The notes beneath the pieces were generated by a model. The model saw only the letters and a list, made by a program, of their open reading frames with translations, was not told the DNA's origin and made no database searches. Below, one piece after another: positions 30,259 through 40,473 of a stretch of 64,000 bases of DNA. The translations under genes were made by a program, and so were the position numbers. The stretch covers positions 1 to 64,000 of the IMG/VR virus record IMGVR_UViG_3300030376_007544. One strand, 5' to 3'. This DNA is from a virus (Duplodnaviria; Caudoviricetes). The first letter of the stretch is position 1. Each line of letters starts with the position of its first letter.

Positions 30259-31308
30259 ATGTCTAAAAGAGTATTACTAACAGGTGGGCTGGGATTTATT
30301 GGCTCACACACTGTAGAACATTGGCTAAAAAATACGGACTGGGAAATTGTGGTTTTAGATGCCTTACGTTTTTCAGGAAGGATTGAACGACTAACAGACA
30401 TTGAAGGCTACGATCCTTCACGAGTTAGTGTAGTTTGGCATGACTTAAGAGCGCCACTACATTCACAAGTACAAGACAAGATAGGCAAGATTGACTACAT
30501 CGTAAACATGGCGTCAGACTCCCATGTGGATAGATCAATTACACACCCTGTTGACTTTGTACAAAATAATGTTAGCCTAGCACTAAACATGCTAGAGTAT
30601 GCTAGAGAAGCTCAACCTGAAAAGTTTATTCAAGTTTCCACTGATGAAGTTTATGGACCTGCTCCAGCCGGACATAACCACACAGAAGGAGAGCCACATC
30701 GACCTTCTAATCCATATTCTGCATCAAAGTCGGCACAAGAAGCAATCGCCTACTCATACTGGAGAACTTTTGACGTACCAATCATAATCACAAACACAAT
30801 GAACAACTTTGGGGAACGACAACACCCAGAAAAGTATGTTCCAATGGTTATCAAAAAGGTACTATCAGGCGATCTTATAGAAATTCATAGCAAACCAAAC
30901 AAAGGTTGGGGAACTGATTTAGATCTGCACCGTGACTGGACAATTGGGTCAAGAGTATGGTTACATGCTAGAAACCACGCAGACGCTATTCAGTTTATCT
31001 TAGAAAATGTAGATGTAACTGATTATGTAGACAGTAATGAGACTCCAGACATTCAACGATTTAACGTTGCTGGAGAAAAAGAGATCAACAATCTAGAAAT
31101 AGTAAACATGATTGCAGGTATTATTGGAGAAGAACCCAATTACGAATTGGTTGACTTCCATTCAAGTCGCCCAGGTCACGATTTACGCTATTCACTAGAT
31201 GGATCAAAACTTGAGGAATACGGGTGGACTGCACCCATATCAGTACAAGAATCTTTTGAACGTACCGTTCAGTGGACAATGAGTCACCCAGAGTGGCTCG
31301 TGGAATAA
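30259..31308 (+). CDS. rfbB: dTDP-glucose 4,6-dehydratase
   Basis: TGGLGFIGS, SHVDRSI, STDEVYG, YSASK, RPGHDLRY. Confidence 0.92.
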   Translation: MSKRVLLTGGLGFIGSHTVEHWLKNTDWEIVVLDALRFSGRIERLTDIEGYDPSRVSVVWHDLRAPLHSQVQDKIGKIDYIVNMASDSHVDRSITHPVDFVQNNVSLALNMLEYAREAQPEKFIQVSTDEVYGPAPAGHNHTEGEPHRPSNPYSASKSAQEAIAYSYWRTFDVPIIITNTMNNFGERQHPEKYVPMVIKKVLSGDLIEIHSKPNKGWGTDLDLHRDWTIGSRVWLHARNHADAIQFILENVDVTDYVDSNETPDIQRFNVAGEKEINNLEIVNMIAGIIGEEPNYELVDFHSSRPGHDLRYSLDGSKLEEYGWTAPISVQESFERTVQWTMSHPEWLVE

Positions 31309-31318
31309 GAGGAGAAAC

Positions 31319-31843
31319 ATGAAAACAGTTAATGATCAATTTCCAAACTTTGCACTAACAGGTGTAGACGCAGAAAATAAATTTACAAGAGTGTATAACA
31401 ACTCAGCAGGAGTATTTGAAGAGGAACCATGGTCCGTATTTTACTTCTACCCGAAGGACTTTACTTTTATTTGCCCAACTGAAATTGCAGAAATGGATCG
31501 GTTGATTGACGAAGGCATACAAGTTGTTGGATTTAGTGGAGACAACGAGCATTGCAAGCTCAATTGGAAAAAGACAAACCCAATAATTAAAAACATTCGG
31601 CACCCACTTGTTGCTGATACTGGACTCTCTCTTTCATACGAACTAGGAATAGTTGACGAAAAAGAAGGGGTGTGCCTAAGAGCAACATTTATCGTTGATC
31701 CAAATAACATGATTAGGTCAGTCACGGTTAACGAGTTGGACACTGGTCGAAACGTAGACGAAGTAATACGAACCGTCAAAGCAATCCAAGCAGGTGGCTT
31801 AACAGCATGTTCTTGGAAAGAGGGGGACGATTTCGTCGGCTAA
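31319..31843 (+). CDS. ahpC: Peroxiredoxin (AhpC-type)
   Basis: FYPKDFTFICPTE, RATFIVDP, GRNVDE. Confidence 0.93.
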   Translation: MKTVNDQFPNFALTGVDAENKFTRVYNNSAGVFEEEPWSVFYFYPKDFTFICPTEIAEMDRLIDEGIQVVGFSGDNEHCKLNWKKTNPIIKNIRHPLVADTGLSLSYELGIVDEKEGVCLRATFIVDPNNMIRSVTVNELDTGRNVDEVIRTVKAIQAGGLTACSWKEGDDFVG

Positions 31844-31907
31844 CCCTTGACTTTACACACAAACTATGGTAATGTGGTAACATCACAATTAACACAAAAG
31901 GAGTGAT

Positions 31908-32495
31908 ATGAAATACCATAAAAATACAATATTTTTAGATGTAGACGGCGTTATAAATAGCCTAACGCACCTCTACAACAGGGAAGACACTGTATTCAGT
32001 GAACCCACAAATCCCCACATAGCTGGGGCTTACACTATATGGGTGCCTGAGTATATGCATTCCTTGGTGCAAGCAATGGAAAAATCAACTAATCTTTACT
32101 GGTTGACCACTTGGAGGGAGAAGGCAAACGAGTTTGTTTCTCCAATACTGGGAACATCTCAGGATATTCCAGTAATCACTGACGGTGGCCCCATGAGATC
32201 TGTTGAGTGGAAGTTTCCGGCTTGCCTACCTTTAGCAAAAGCGTTAAAGGCTAATGGCGAAGAAATCTTTTGGATTGAAGATTTTCATGGAATGACTCAA
32301 AAAGAGCATGAGGACTACCTAACATACATAGACACGGACACAAAGAGCGAAGGCGTACTATTGCCTCAGCACCTTCCAGAAGCCCTTCTAAGCCACTTAG
32401 TGGACGAAGGTGGGTATGATGGTCCTATGCACGTAGAAGCCCCTACAACAGTCAGAACAAGTCGTATGGGCGCTAGAAACTTTTGGATTGAGTAA
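31908..32495 (+). CDS. HAD-superfamily phosphatase (HAD_SAK-like)
   Basis: FLDVDGVIN, WLTTW, WIED. Confidence 0.8.
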   Translation: MKYHKNTIFLDVDGVINSLTHLYNREDTVFSEPTNPHIAGAYTIWVPEYMHSLVQAMEKSTNLYWLTTWREKANEFVSPILGTSQDIPVITDGGPMRSVEWKFPACLPLAKALKANGEEIFWIEDFHGMTQKEHEDYLTYIDTDTKSEGVLLPQHLPEALLSHLVDEGGYDGPMHVEAPTTVRTSRMGARNFWIE

Positions 32496-33178
32496 TGTCT
32501 CAAGTTCAGGTACTAGATGACGGCTTTGTTCGCCTAGACGCATGTGATGCAACAGACTTAAGTGTTGTTAATGCTGCAAGAGTTAGTTTCGGAATGAAAA
32601 GTGAGGAACTTAGCGAAAAAGACAAAGGTTTAATTGGTTTTCTTATGCGAGAAAAGCATGGAACCCCATTTGAACACAACTTTTTTAGGTTTCACATTAA
32701 AGCGCCAATTTTCGTAGCAAGGGAATGGTTTAGGCATCGCATTGGTTGGTCATACAACGAGTATTCAGGAAGATACTCTGAAATGCCAAAAGAAGCATAT
32801 ATGCCTTTACCAGAACAAATCCGAACTCAAGTCGGAAAACCAGGCGCATACACGTTTGAACCGATGGAAGATTGGTCAGCACAGATGGCTTTAAAAGCTA
32901 TTGAAGATGGATACTACGAAGCATTTGATAGATATGACTATCTTCTTTCTATCGGAGTAGCCAAAGAAGTTGCAAGACTTGTAATACCTGTAGGAGGGTA
33001 TACAGAGTTTTATGCCACAACAAATGCACGAGCGTTAATGAACTTCATAAATTTACGAGGCGACAGCAATGCGCAATGGGAAATACAGCAGTACGCTAAC
33101 GAATTAGAAAACGTATTTGAAAGGCAAATGCCAGTAACACACGGGCACTTCGCAGAGAATGGATACGTTGCACCATAG
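32495..33178 (+). CDS. thyX: Flavin-dependent thymidylate synthase
   Basis: VNAARVS, HGTPFEH, RHR.....EYSGRY, AQWEI. Confidence 0.96.
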   Translation: MSQVQVLDDGFVRLDACDATDLSVVNAARVSFGMKSEELSEKDKGLIGFLMREKHGTPFEHNFFRFHIKAPIFVAREWFRHRIGWSYNEYSGRYSEMPKEAYMPLPEQIRTQVGKPGAYTFEPMEDWSAQMALKAIEDGYYEAFDRYDYLLSIGVAKEVARLVIPVGGYTEFYATTNARALMNFINLRGDSNAQWEIQQYANELENVFERQMPVTHGHFAENGYVAP

Positions 33179-33250
33179 CCCTGTTCGTCTAGAGGCCTAG
33201 GACGCCACCCTCTCAAGGTGGTAGCACGGGTTCAAATCCCGTACAGGGTA
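33178..33250 (+). tRNA. tRNA-Glu (CTC)
   Basis: Acceptor GCCCTGT/ACAGGGT, anticodon arm CCACC-CTCTCAA-GGTGG, T-loop GGTTCAAATCC; no encoded CCA. Confidence 0.93.
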
Positions 33251-33330
33251 CTAAAACATAAGATAAAGTTTTATAAAAACTTGACAAACATAGAAAAGTA
33301 TGCTAATGTGGCATACAGGAGGTGAATTAT

Positions 33331-34269
33331 ATGAACAAATCACTAAATTACAAATTATATTACAACGAAAAATACACAGGGGCAAAACATGCCTTTGACA
33401 CAACACGCAAAAGCAAAAGCATTGCAGAAGCGTTAGGTGAGGACAACGTGGTAGACCATACTGCGTACATATCTACTTACGACTGGTTAGAGCTTGCTAA
33501 TCATTGGATTGCTCGCTCAATATCGCCCAGATACTATCGTGCCCTTCAAACAGGGGACAGCCCACTAAGTTCAAGCAATGGATTTTCTTGGGACAAAGGT
33601 ATTTGGGAGATGGCGTTAAACTCAACGGCTGGCGTTATGGCAGCGGTTGAATCTGCTTTAGCCTACAAAGTAGCAGGAAGCCTATCTTCAGGACTGCATC
33701 ACGCAGACACTGAAGGAGGAATGGGCTTCTGTACAGTCAATGGCCTTGCTGTGGCAGCAAACTGGATACTCAACGGGGTATTCCAAGTTGATAACGGCTT
33801 CGACAGCAAACTCAATGTCAATCATGTTACAATACTTGACTTTGACGCACACAATGGTGGTGGAACAGTACACTCGCTTAGAGCGTTAGAAATAGATGAC
33901 AGAGTAGATCAATACGATCTATCTACAAACACTTTTGACTCATACCGAGAAGACGACAACCACACAATTGCCATCGCAAACAATGACGATGAATACCTAA
34001 ACACAGTGGCCGTAATTTTGGAAACAATGAATCAAGATACTGACATCGTGTTGTACAATGCAGGCACAGATCCATACCCAGAAATATCACACGAGGCTCT
34101 AGCAGAAAGAGACAAACTCGTATTTGATTACTGTGTACAGAATGACATACCATGTGCATTCGTACTAGCAGGAGGGTACACTTGGGGACAAGAAATGGAT
34201 AGCCTTGTTCAAAGTCACGTAAACACTATCTATGCCGCAGAAGACGCATTAGTAGTAGAAAGGGTCTAA
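33331..34269 (+). CDS. Histone deacetylase-family (Zn-dependent) hydrolase
   Basis: GLHHA, GFC..N, LDFDAH.G.GT, YNAG.D, LAGGY. Confidence 0.9.
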   Translation: MNKSLNYKLYYNEKYTGAKHAFDTTRKSKSIAEALGEDNVVDHTAYISTYDWLELANHWIARSISPRYYRALQTGDSPLSSSNGFSWDKGIWEMALNSTAGVMAAVESALAYKVAGSLSSGLHHADTEGGMGFCTVNGLAVAANWILNGVFQVDNGFDSKLNVNHVTILDFDAHNGGGTVHSLRALEIDDRVDQYDLSTNTFDSYREDDNHTIAIANNDDEYLNTVAVILETMNQDTDIVLYNAGTDPYPEISHEALAERDKLVFDYCVQNDIPCAFVLAGGYTWGQEMDSLVQSHVNTIYAAEDALVVERV

Positions 34270-34270
34270 T

Positions 34271-34597
34271 ATGGGAATGCTAGAAAAAGTCGTTCACGGC
34301 TTAGAAGAAAGCAACCCAGATGCACTACTGGCTGATAACATTGAAGATGCTTTAGTGGGAATAGCAATAATACATATCGATGGGGAACGACGACATTTGG
34401 CAGCTTACTCAATGCAAAAAGTAATTGAAGTATTTATGCGAGATAGAGGACTTTCTTACGAAGACGCCTATGAGTTGGCAACCGTTGACACCATGAGCGC
34501 CTATGTTGGGGATCATACCCCAATCTACATAGATGAACTAAGAGAAATAAACGTCCCCATCGAATTATTGCCACCGGAAGAAATGTATGAACTTTAA
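34271..34597 (+). CDS. Hypothetical phage protein
   Basis: DALVG...AYVG..TP pattern. Confidence 0.7.
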   Translation: MGMLEKVVHGLEESNPDALLADNIEDALVGIAIIHIDGERRHLAAYSMQKVIEVFMRDRGLSYEDAYELATVDTMSAYVGDHTPIYIDELREINVPIELLPPEEMYEL

Positions 34598-34766
34598 ATT
34601 TTGGAAAGAGTGGGCCGTAGTTGATACTGATCTGAAAACCATTGTTTACAGAGGAAAGCGAGACGACTGTCTCTACATTATTGAATACACACCCTCAAGA
34701 CACAGGTTCTTAAAAACAATGCCACTACATGAAGCAGAGGAGTTGCTAGAAACATGGAACAATTAG
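34587..34766 (+). CDS. Hypothetical 59-aa protein (not in ORF track)
   Basis: Fills the gap, overlapping both neighbours. Confidence 0.5.
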   Translation: MNFKFWKEWAVVDTDLKTIVYRGKRDDCLYIIEYTPSRHRFLKTMPLHEAEELLETWNN

Positions 34767-35875
34767 AGTTAATAGAAACATCACAAAGTGTAATTGAACT
34801 AAAGTCTAAGGTTCCCCATGACGAGTATACTGAAAAGTTGGCTGAGTTTTTTGACTTTCGCTTTGAGGGAGAAGTGGTTAGTGAAATCAAAACACTACCA
34901 AAACTACCAGAAACTTTCGGAATTGGAGCAATTATTGGTCCAAGTGGTAGTGGTAAGTCCACACTTTTGAAATCCCTAAACGAAAACTCTAATCTGAACA
35001 AGCCTGAATGGGATAGTACAAAGTCAGTTATTGCTCACTTTGATACCCCAGAAGAAGGCATAGATAAGTTTGCAGCTGTAGGATTTAATTCAATACCACA
35101 AATGACTCTACCTTATGACAAACTCTCAAACGGAGAGCAGTTTCGTTGTGATCTAGCACGGCAACTAAAAGATAACGCACTAATAGACGAATACACGTCA
35201 GTAGTAAACCGAGATGTTGCTTATTCCACATCAAACGCATTTAAAAGATATGTCACTAAAAACGACTTACAAGGAATCGTGGTAGCATCATGCCATTACG
35301 ACATCTTAGAATGGTTACGACCAGACTGGGTATTTGATACTTTCACAGGTAACTTCTACTCAGGGAGGTATCTTCGGCGACCATCAATACAAATTGACAT
35401 ATACCGAACAACTCATCACTTCTGGGACACTTTTAAAAAGCATCACTATCTAAGCACAAGCCTAAACAAAGCATCACATTGTTATGTGGGCATATGGCAA
35501 GATAATCTTGTAGCCTTCGGATCAGTTTTACGTTACCCAAGTGGAACAGTTAAAAACGGCTGGAGAGCGCACAGGACAGTAGTACTGCCAGACTTTCAAG
35601 GACTAGGCATAGGAAACCGCTTCTCAGACGCAATAGGGCAACACTACGTAGACGAAGGCGGAAGATACTTCTCTAGGACAGCGCACCCAAGCATGGGTAA
35701 CTATAGAGAGCGATCAGAACTATGGAGAGCTACTAGTAAAAACAGAAAGTTACGAAAAGACATAAAACACGAAAACGTTTGGAAGAATCACTACGCAGAC
35801 AACACTCGAATATGTTGGTCACACGAATATACAGGATTGACAAAATTAGAAGAATCGAATAAACTAAAATCATGA
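34754..35875 (+). CDS. ABC-ATPase fused to GNAT acetyltransferase domain
   Basis: GPSGSGKST, LSNGEQFR, IDEYTSV; C-terminal HHYL and R.VVLPDFQGLGIG acetyl-CoA motif. Confidence 0.88.
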   Translation: MEQLELIETSQSVIELKSKVPHDEYTEKLAEFFDFRFEGEVVSEIKTLPKLPETFGIGAIIGPSGSGKSTLLKSLNENSNLNKPEWDSTKSVIAHFDTPEEGIDKFAAVGFNSIPQMTLPYDKLSNGEQFRCDLARQLKDNALIDEYTSVVNRDVAYSTSNAFKRYVTKNDLQGIVVASCHYDILEWLRPDWVFDTFTGNFYSGRYLRRPSIQIDIYRTTHHFWDTFKKHHYLSTSLNKASHCYVGIWQDNLVAFGSVLRYPSGTVKNGWRAHRTVVLPDFQGLGIGNRFSDAIGQHYVDEGGRYFSRTAHPSMGNYRERSELWRATSKNRKLRKDIKHENVWKNHYADNTRICWSHEYTGLTKLEESNKLKS

Positions 35876-36729
35876 AACAAACGCTTAAACTTGCAAGTAT
35901 ATGCTCAGGATATGGAGGTCTAGACTTATCAGTCGAACGCCACTTCAAAAACAAAGGCTTTGACGTAGAGACAGTTTGGTTTGTGGAAAAAGACAAAAAA
36001 TGCAGTCAAATTTTAAGCCATCATTGGCCAGATGTCCCCAACTATGGAGATGTCAAAACTGTGGATTGGGAAACAGTTTCTCAACCAGATATAATGGTAG
36101 CGGGCTACCCGTGCCAGCCGTTCTCAGTTGCCGGGAACAGATTAGGAGAAAAAGATGAAAGATCAATCTTTGAATACATCGCCGAAGGCATATCTACACT
36201 CAGACCAAAATGGGTCATCTTGGAGAATGTACAAGGACACCTCTCTTTGGGAGGAGCAAACGTCACTTCAGAAGTTGCCCGCCTGGGGTACAGTCTCCGG
36301 TACGGAATTGTACGAGCAAGTGATGCCGGAGCTCCTCACAGACGTGCGAGATGGTTCTGCATTGCTACCGACTCCAGTTGTGAACGATATGGGTCGGGGG
36401 AAGACGATACAGAAGTGGGACGAGTTGCTGGCGAAGTGGAAAGCGAAGCACAACAACAACGGACATGGCAAAAGCCTGTCCATAGAGTTCCAAAAGATTA
36501 TGGAGAATACGCAACAGCAATTGAGAGGTGGGAACGAATCACAAGACCTGCCCCAGACGAACTCTTCGACGACGACGGAGCACACTCCCTCTTTGTAGAA
36601 TGGATGATGGGACTGCCAGAAGGTTGGGTAACCGGACACGGACTAACCAGAAGTGCAGAACTAAAAATGCTCGGCAATGGAGTAGTCGTACAACAAGGCG
36701 AACTTGCGTTAAAACTACTAGACAATTAA
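35872..36729 (+). CDS. C5-cytosine DNA methyltransferase (alpha polypeptide)
   Basis: CSGYGGLD, GYPCQPFS, LENV, PHRRARWF, VEWMMG.P.GW, LGNGVV. Confidence 0.92.
   Translation: MKQTLKLASICSGYGGLDLSVERHFKNKGFDVETVWFVEKDKKCSQILSHHWPDVPNYGDVKTVDWETVSQPDIMVAGYPCQPFSVAGNRLGEKDERSIFEYIAEGISTLRPKWVILENVQGHLSLGGANVTSEVARLGYSLRYGIVRASDAGAPHRRARWFCIATDSSCERYGSGEDDTEVGRVAGEVESEAQQQRTWQKPVHRVPKDYGEYATAIERWERITRPAPDELFDDDGAHSLFVEWMMGLPEGWVTGHGLTRSAELKMLGNGVVVQQGELALKLLDN
36155..36598 (+). CDS. Nested out-of-frame ORF, putative methyltransferase beta/target-recognition polypeptide
   Basis: 147-aa same-strand ORF in +1 frame with SSWRM, LP.WG, LLPTP...D motifs; GGAG upstream. Confidence 0.6.
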   Translation: MKDQSLNTSPKAYLHSDQNGSSWRMYKDTSLWEEQTSLQKLPAWGTVSGTELYEQVMPELLTDVRDGSALLPTPVVNDMGRGKTIQKWDELLAKWKAKHNNNGHGKSLSIEFQKIMENTQQQLRGGNESQDLPQTNSSTTTEHTPSL

Positions 36730-36744
36730 AACAAAGGTAACGAC

Positions 36745-37335
36745 ATGAGAATACTAATAGCATGCGAATATTCAGCGACAGTAAGAGAAGCCTTCGCCAA
36801 AAAGGGTCACGACGTAATGAGTTGCGATATTGAACCCACAGATGTTCCAGGACCACACTACCAAGGTGACATTTTCGACGTCCTATACCAAGACTGGGAC
36901 ATGATGATCGCACACCCACCATGCACTTACCTCAGTAACGCTGGGGCACGCTTTCTTTACCCAGGTGGAAAAGAAAATGGCATGAATATGGAACGATACG
37001 AAAAAGGAATGGAAGCAAGAGAATTCTTCATGAAACTCTATGATGCTAATCACATACCCAAAATCTGTGTAGAGAACCCAATAAGTAGCAAGGTATTTGA
37101 ACTACCCACCCACACACAGACAATACAACCATACGAATATGGACACCCATTCAAAAAAGCGACACGCCTATGGCTAAAAGGGCTACCGCCACTAGAACCT
37201 ACAAATATAGTAGACACATCGCAAAGCACAAAAGTTCCTGGAAACTGGTTTAACAAGGGTGGAAAAGAACGACAGAAAAACAGAAGTAAGTTTTTTGACG
37301 GATTTGCAGATGCCATGGCAGAGCAATGGGGATAA
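36745..37335 (+). CDS. Short phage C5-methyltransferase-like protein
   Basis: RILIACEYS, AHPPCTYLS, VENP, K.T.LWL, AMAEQWG. Confidence 0.8.
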   Translation: MRILIACEYSATVREAFAKKGHDVMSCDIEPTDVPGPHYQGDIFDVLYQDWDMMIAHPPCTYLSNAGARFLYPGGKENGMNMERYEKGMEAREFFMKLYDANHIPKICVENPISSKVFELPTHTQTIQPYEYGHPFKKATRLWLKGLPPLEPTNIVDTSQSTKVPGNWFNKGGKERQKNRSKFFDGFADAMAEQWG

Positions 37336-37856
37336 CGCTCCCATCAAAGCAGTACGAAGTTGTTTATGCGGATCCCCCTTGGAAGTACAAGGAGAACTGG
37401 GGCAACGGAGCTGCTGAGTGGACATATCCTACAATGACTAACGAAGACATTATAAACATGCCAGTAAAAGAAATCCTCGCAGACCAAGCCCACCTATATT
37501 TATGGGTAACAAACCCATTTATTAAAACAGGTCTAGAAGTATGTGAAGAATGGGGATTTGAGTACAAAACACTCCTAACATGGATAAAGACATACAAAGA
37601 TGGAACACCAGAGATGGGAATGGGGTACTACTTTAGAGGTTGCACCGAACATATCATCTTTGGAGTTAAAGGCAAGAAGAAAATCTTAAACAAAACAACT
37701 AAAAACATGTTTCAAGAGATCAATCCTAGAAAGCATAGCCAAAAACCTGCAAGTACACGAGATATGATTGTAGAATGCTCAGGCGATGTACCACGAATAG
37801 AACTCTTTGCTAGACAAACAGTAGACGGCTGGGACAGTTGGGGTAACGAAGTATGA
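37326..37856 (+). CDS. MT-A70-family N6-adenine methyltransferase
   Basis: ADPPW, LYLWVT, WGF.YK, HSQKP, IELFAR...GW..WGNE. Confidence 0.93.
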   Translation: MGITLPSKQYEVVYADPPWKYKENWGNGAAEWTYPTMTNEDIINMPVKEILADQAHLYLWVTNPFIKTGLEVCEEWGFEYKTLLTWIKTYKDGTPEMGMGYYFRGCTEHIIFGVKGKKKILNKTTKNMFQEINPRKHSQKPASTRDMIVECSGDVPRIELFARQTVDGWDSWGNEV

Positions 37857-39739
37857 AAACTCTAACCCTAGACAATGATAAACTTGCACTAAAGACTCCC
37901 TACGACAAAGACGAAGTAGAAGCACTAAAACACAGTTTCCCACAAGCACGTTGGGATCGCTTAAATAAAGTGTGGACACTCCCAATTACCAACCTACCGA
38001 AAGCAATTGAATTTGCAGAAGCGTGGGGAATAACAGTAGCTGACGACCTGATGCGTTTACAACTTCCAGATCACCCCATCGGACGAACTTCCATAAGACT
38101 CAAAAACGGAAAACTCAAAATACGGCTTCCTTACGAGCCGGTACAAGTTACCGCCCTCAAGACAATTCCCGGAATACAGTGGGATCCAAACAAAAGTGAA
38201 TGGTCTGCACCCTACAAAACAGTCCACGACTTAATGCAATGGGCGGCCAACTTTGACATACCAGTCCCAGAGGGCATAAAAGAGCAGGCAGAAATAGAAC
38301 TACGGCAAGCACAACACTCCCAAGACCTAGCAAACGCCGAAACAGCCAATATAACCGTACCAAACCTACAATTAGAACTTTACCCCTACCAAAAAGCAGG
38401 AGTAGCGTACGCAACAGAAAAACAACGATGCTTTATCGCTGACGAAATGGGTTTAGGTAAATCACTACAAGCCTTAGCCGTAACAGAATACACAGATCAA
38501 TATCCAGCGTTAATCATCTGTCCATCAAGCCTCACCGAAGATTGGAACACAAAAATCAAAGAGGCATTGCCAAATCGCACAACTCAAACCATACAGGGAC
38601 GCAAAACCCCCAATATGACTGAAACCGATTACACCATAATTGGCTACCCAAACATACATGCACAAAAACCTCACTTAAATCAACAAAACTACAATACGTT
38701 GATACTCGACGAGTCACACTACTGCAAAAACAGAACCGCCCAAAGAACGAAGGCTGCAAAAAACTTAGCCAAGAATATACCACCAACAGGAAACGTATTA
38801 CTCCTAACAGGGACACCGATCACCAACAGGCCATCAGAATATGCGCCACAACTTGAAATAATTCAAAAAATAGACGAATTTGGCGGATTATGGAACTTTT
38901 ACAAACGCTACTGTGATGCCTACAAAGATCAGTGGGGGCATTGGCAGATCTACGGGTCAAGTAACTTAAAAGAACTCCATAACAAGCTCAAAACCCATTG
39001 TTACATACGAAGGGAAAAGCAAGACGTCCTACCAGACCTTCCACCAATCACCTACAGCACGATAACCACTCAAATGGCACCAAAGTACCGCAAAGAGTAC
39101 AATCACGCCCTACAGGACCTGCAAGATTGGTACATGCAACAACAAGAACAACTCGCAGAACAAAACGGCGGAAACCCAACAGCAGCAGGGATCAGAGCGC
39201 ACTATGCAGCCCAAAACTACGAAACCTTGATCCAACTTACCGCTCTTCGACAAATTACCGCCAAAGCGAAACTCACCCACGCCATTGAATGGGTACAAAA
39301 CGCAAATGATCAGGGACACAAGATAGTCATAGCAGCCCACCACCGAGACATAGTACAATCTCTCTCGGCAGAACTCAACTCCCCAATGATAATTGGAGGA
39401 CAAACCCCCCAAAAGACTGAAACCGCAAAACACGAATTTATGACTAATACAAACTGCATGAATATCGTTATAAGTATAACTGCAGCAGCACACGGACACA
39501 CCCTAACAGCAGCAAGCAACATGCTTATACTAGAAGCGCCTTGGACACCAGCTCAGTACCATCAAACAACGGCTAGAATCCACAGGATCGGACAAGATGA
39601 CAACGTTACAATCCATAACCTCATCATACCTAATACCATAGATCAACATATCTACAACACACTAGACAAGAAAACCCAGAACACCCAACCAGCCATAACG
39701 AATAGTACAATCCAAAAGATACTGGAAAGTACAATTTGA
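37853..39739 (+). CDS. SNF2-family helicase with N-terminal HARP-like repeats
   Basis: DEMGLGKS, DESH, LTGTP, Q...RIHRIGQ; two WD...K.W N-terminal repeats. Confidence 0.92.
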   Translation: MKTLTLDNDKLALKTPYDKDEVEALKHSFPQARWDRLNKVWTLPITNLPKAIEFAEAWGITVADDLMRLQLPDHPIGRTSIRLKNGKLKIRLPYEPVQVTALKTIPGIQWDPNKSEWSAPYKTVHDLMQWAANFDIPVPEGIKEQAEIELRQAQHSQDLANAETANITVPNLQLELYPYQKAGVAYATEKQRCFIADEMGLGKSLQALAVTEYTDQYPALIICPSSLTEDWNTKIKEALPNRTTQTIQGRKTPNMTETDYTIIGYPNIHAQKPHLNQQNYNTLILDESHYCKNRTAQRTKAAKNLAKNIPPTGNVLLLTGTPITNRPSEYAPQLEIIQKIDEFGGLWNFYKRYCDAYKDQWGHWQIYGSSNLKELHNKLKTHCYIRREKQDVLPDLPPITYSTITTQMAPKYRKEYNHALQDLQDWYMQQQEQLAEQNGGNPTAAGIRAHYAAQNYETLIQLTALRQITAKAKLTHAIEWVQNANDQGHKIVIAAHHRDIVQSLSAELNSPMIIGGQTPQKTETAKHEFMTNTNCMNIVISITAAAHGHTLTAASNMLILEAPWTPAQYHQTTARIHRIGQDDNVTIHNLIIPNTIDQHIYNTLDKKTQNTQPAITNSTIQKILESTI

Positions 39740-39847
39740 GTCAGTTCGCTGAAAAATGTGTCACGTTACCTCCCGGTACAGAAGTTCGTCGCCGAAAAGT
39801 TCCGAACAAGTCCCGACCTTGTGAAAAATTTCACTAAGTTTCGAGCT

Positions 39848-39999
39848 AAGTTACCCGGCAGTAACTTAAAAATGACAAGTTACCCGGGAGTAACTTATGA
39901 AAAATGACGAAAACTTAAGTTACCAGGAAGTAACTTACGAAAACTTAAGTTACCCGGCAGTAACTTATCAAAATTTACGAAGTTACCCGGCAGTAACTT
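39848..39999. repeat. Five palindromes AAGTTAC-N6-GTAACTT (sixth copy at 46166)
   Basis: At 39848, 39877, 39917, 39947, 39980. Confidence 0.9.
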
Positions 40000-40060
40000 A
40001 TCGAAGCTCGAACGCCCAGGGGTGATTCCTCCCCTTGCCAGTGGGGAGGAACTTTTGGTG

Positions 40061-40150
40061 TTACTTCTTCGGAGGGATTGCACCTCTTAAGATTATGAAC
40101 CAAACTGTGCAGAACCCTATTGGTCCTACTAGTGCGAATAATGTATCCAC
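40061..40150 (-). CDS. 29-aa hydrophobic peptide
   Basis: MDTLFALVGPIGFCTVWFIILRGAIPPKK with leader hairpin and downstream hairpin. Confidence 0.45.
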   Translation of the reverse strand: MDTLFALVGPIGFCTVWFIILRGAIPPKK

Positions 40151-40473
40151 TTTGTTTCTCTTTCTATGTGATTGTGACTTTCACAACCTCACACCTTCCA
40201 GGATAACTGCTAAAAACAGAAATACCAACCTCTAAAAAAGAAATTTCTAATATTTAAATTTCTTCTATTTGAGGTTGCAAATTAGACATTTATCAGATAC
40301 TCGACCTGTTAGATTTTGAGCAGCTTTTGAGTAGCAGTAAAAAACAGAAATACCAACCTCAAAACCTAAAAAAAGAAATATCAAGATTTCTTTTTTTAGA
40401 GGTTGGTATTCGCCTGGTGAATCTGTATCCTGGTATATGTGAGGTTGAAAGTCAACTCCACAGAAAGGAATAA

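Noticed and set aside
20535-33250. Bacterial chromosome or prophage-flank origin of recA, ssb, tdk, thyX, ahpC, tRNA
   Set aside because: Interspersed with phage genes with the same promoter style; no bacterial operon context, integrase or att site seen.
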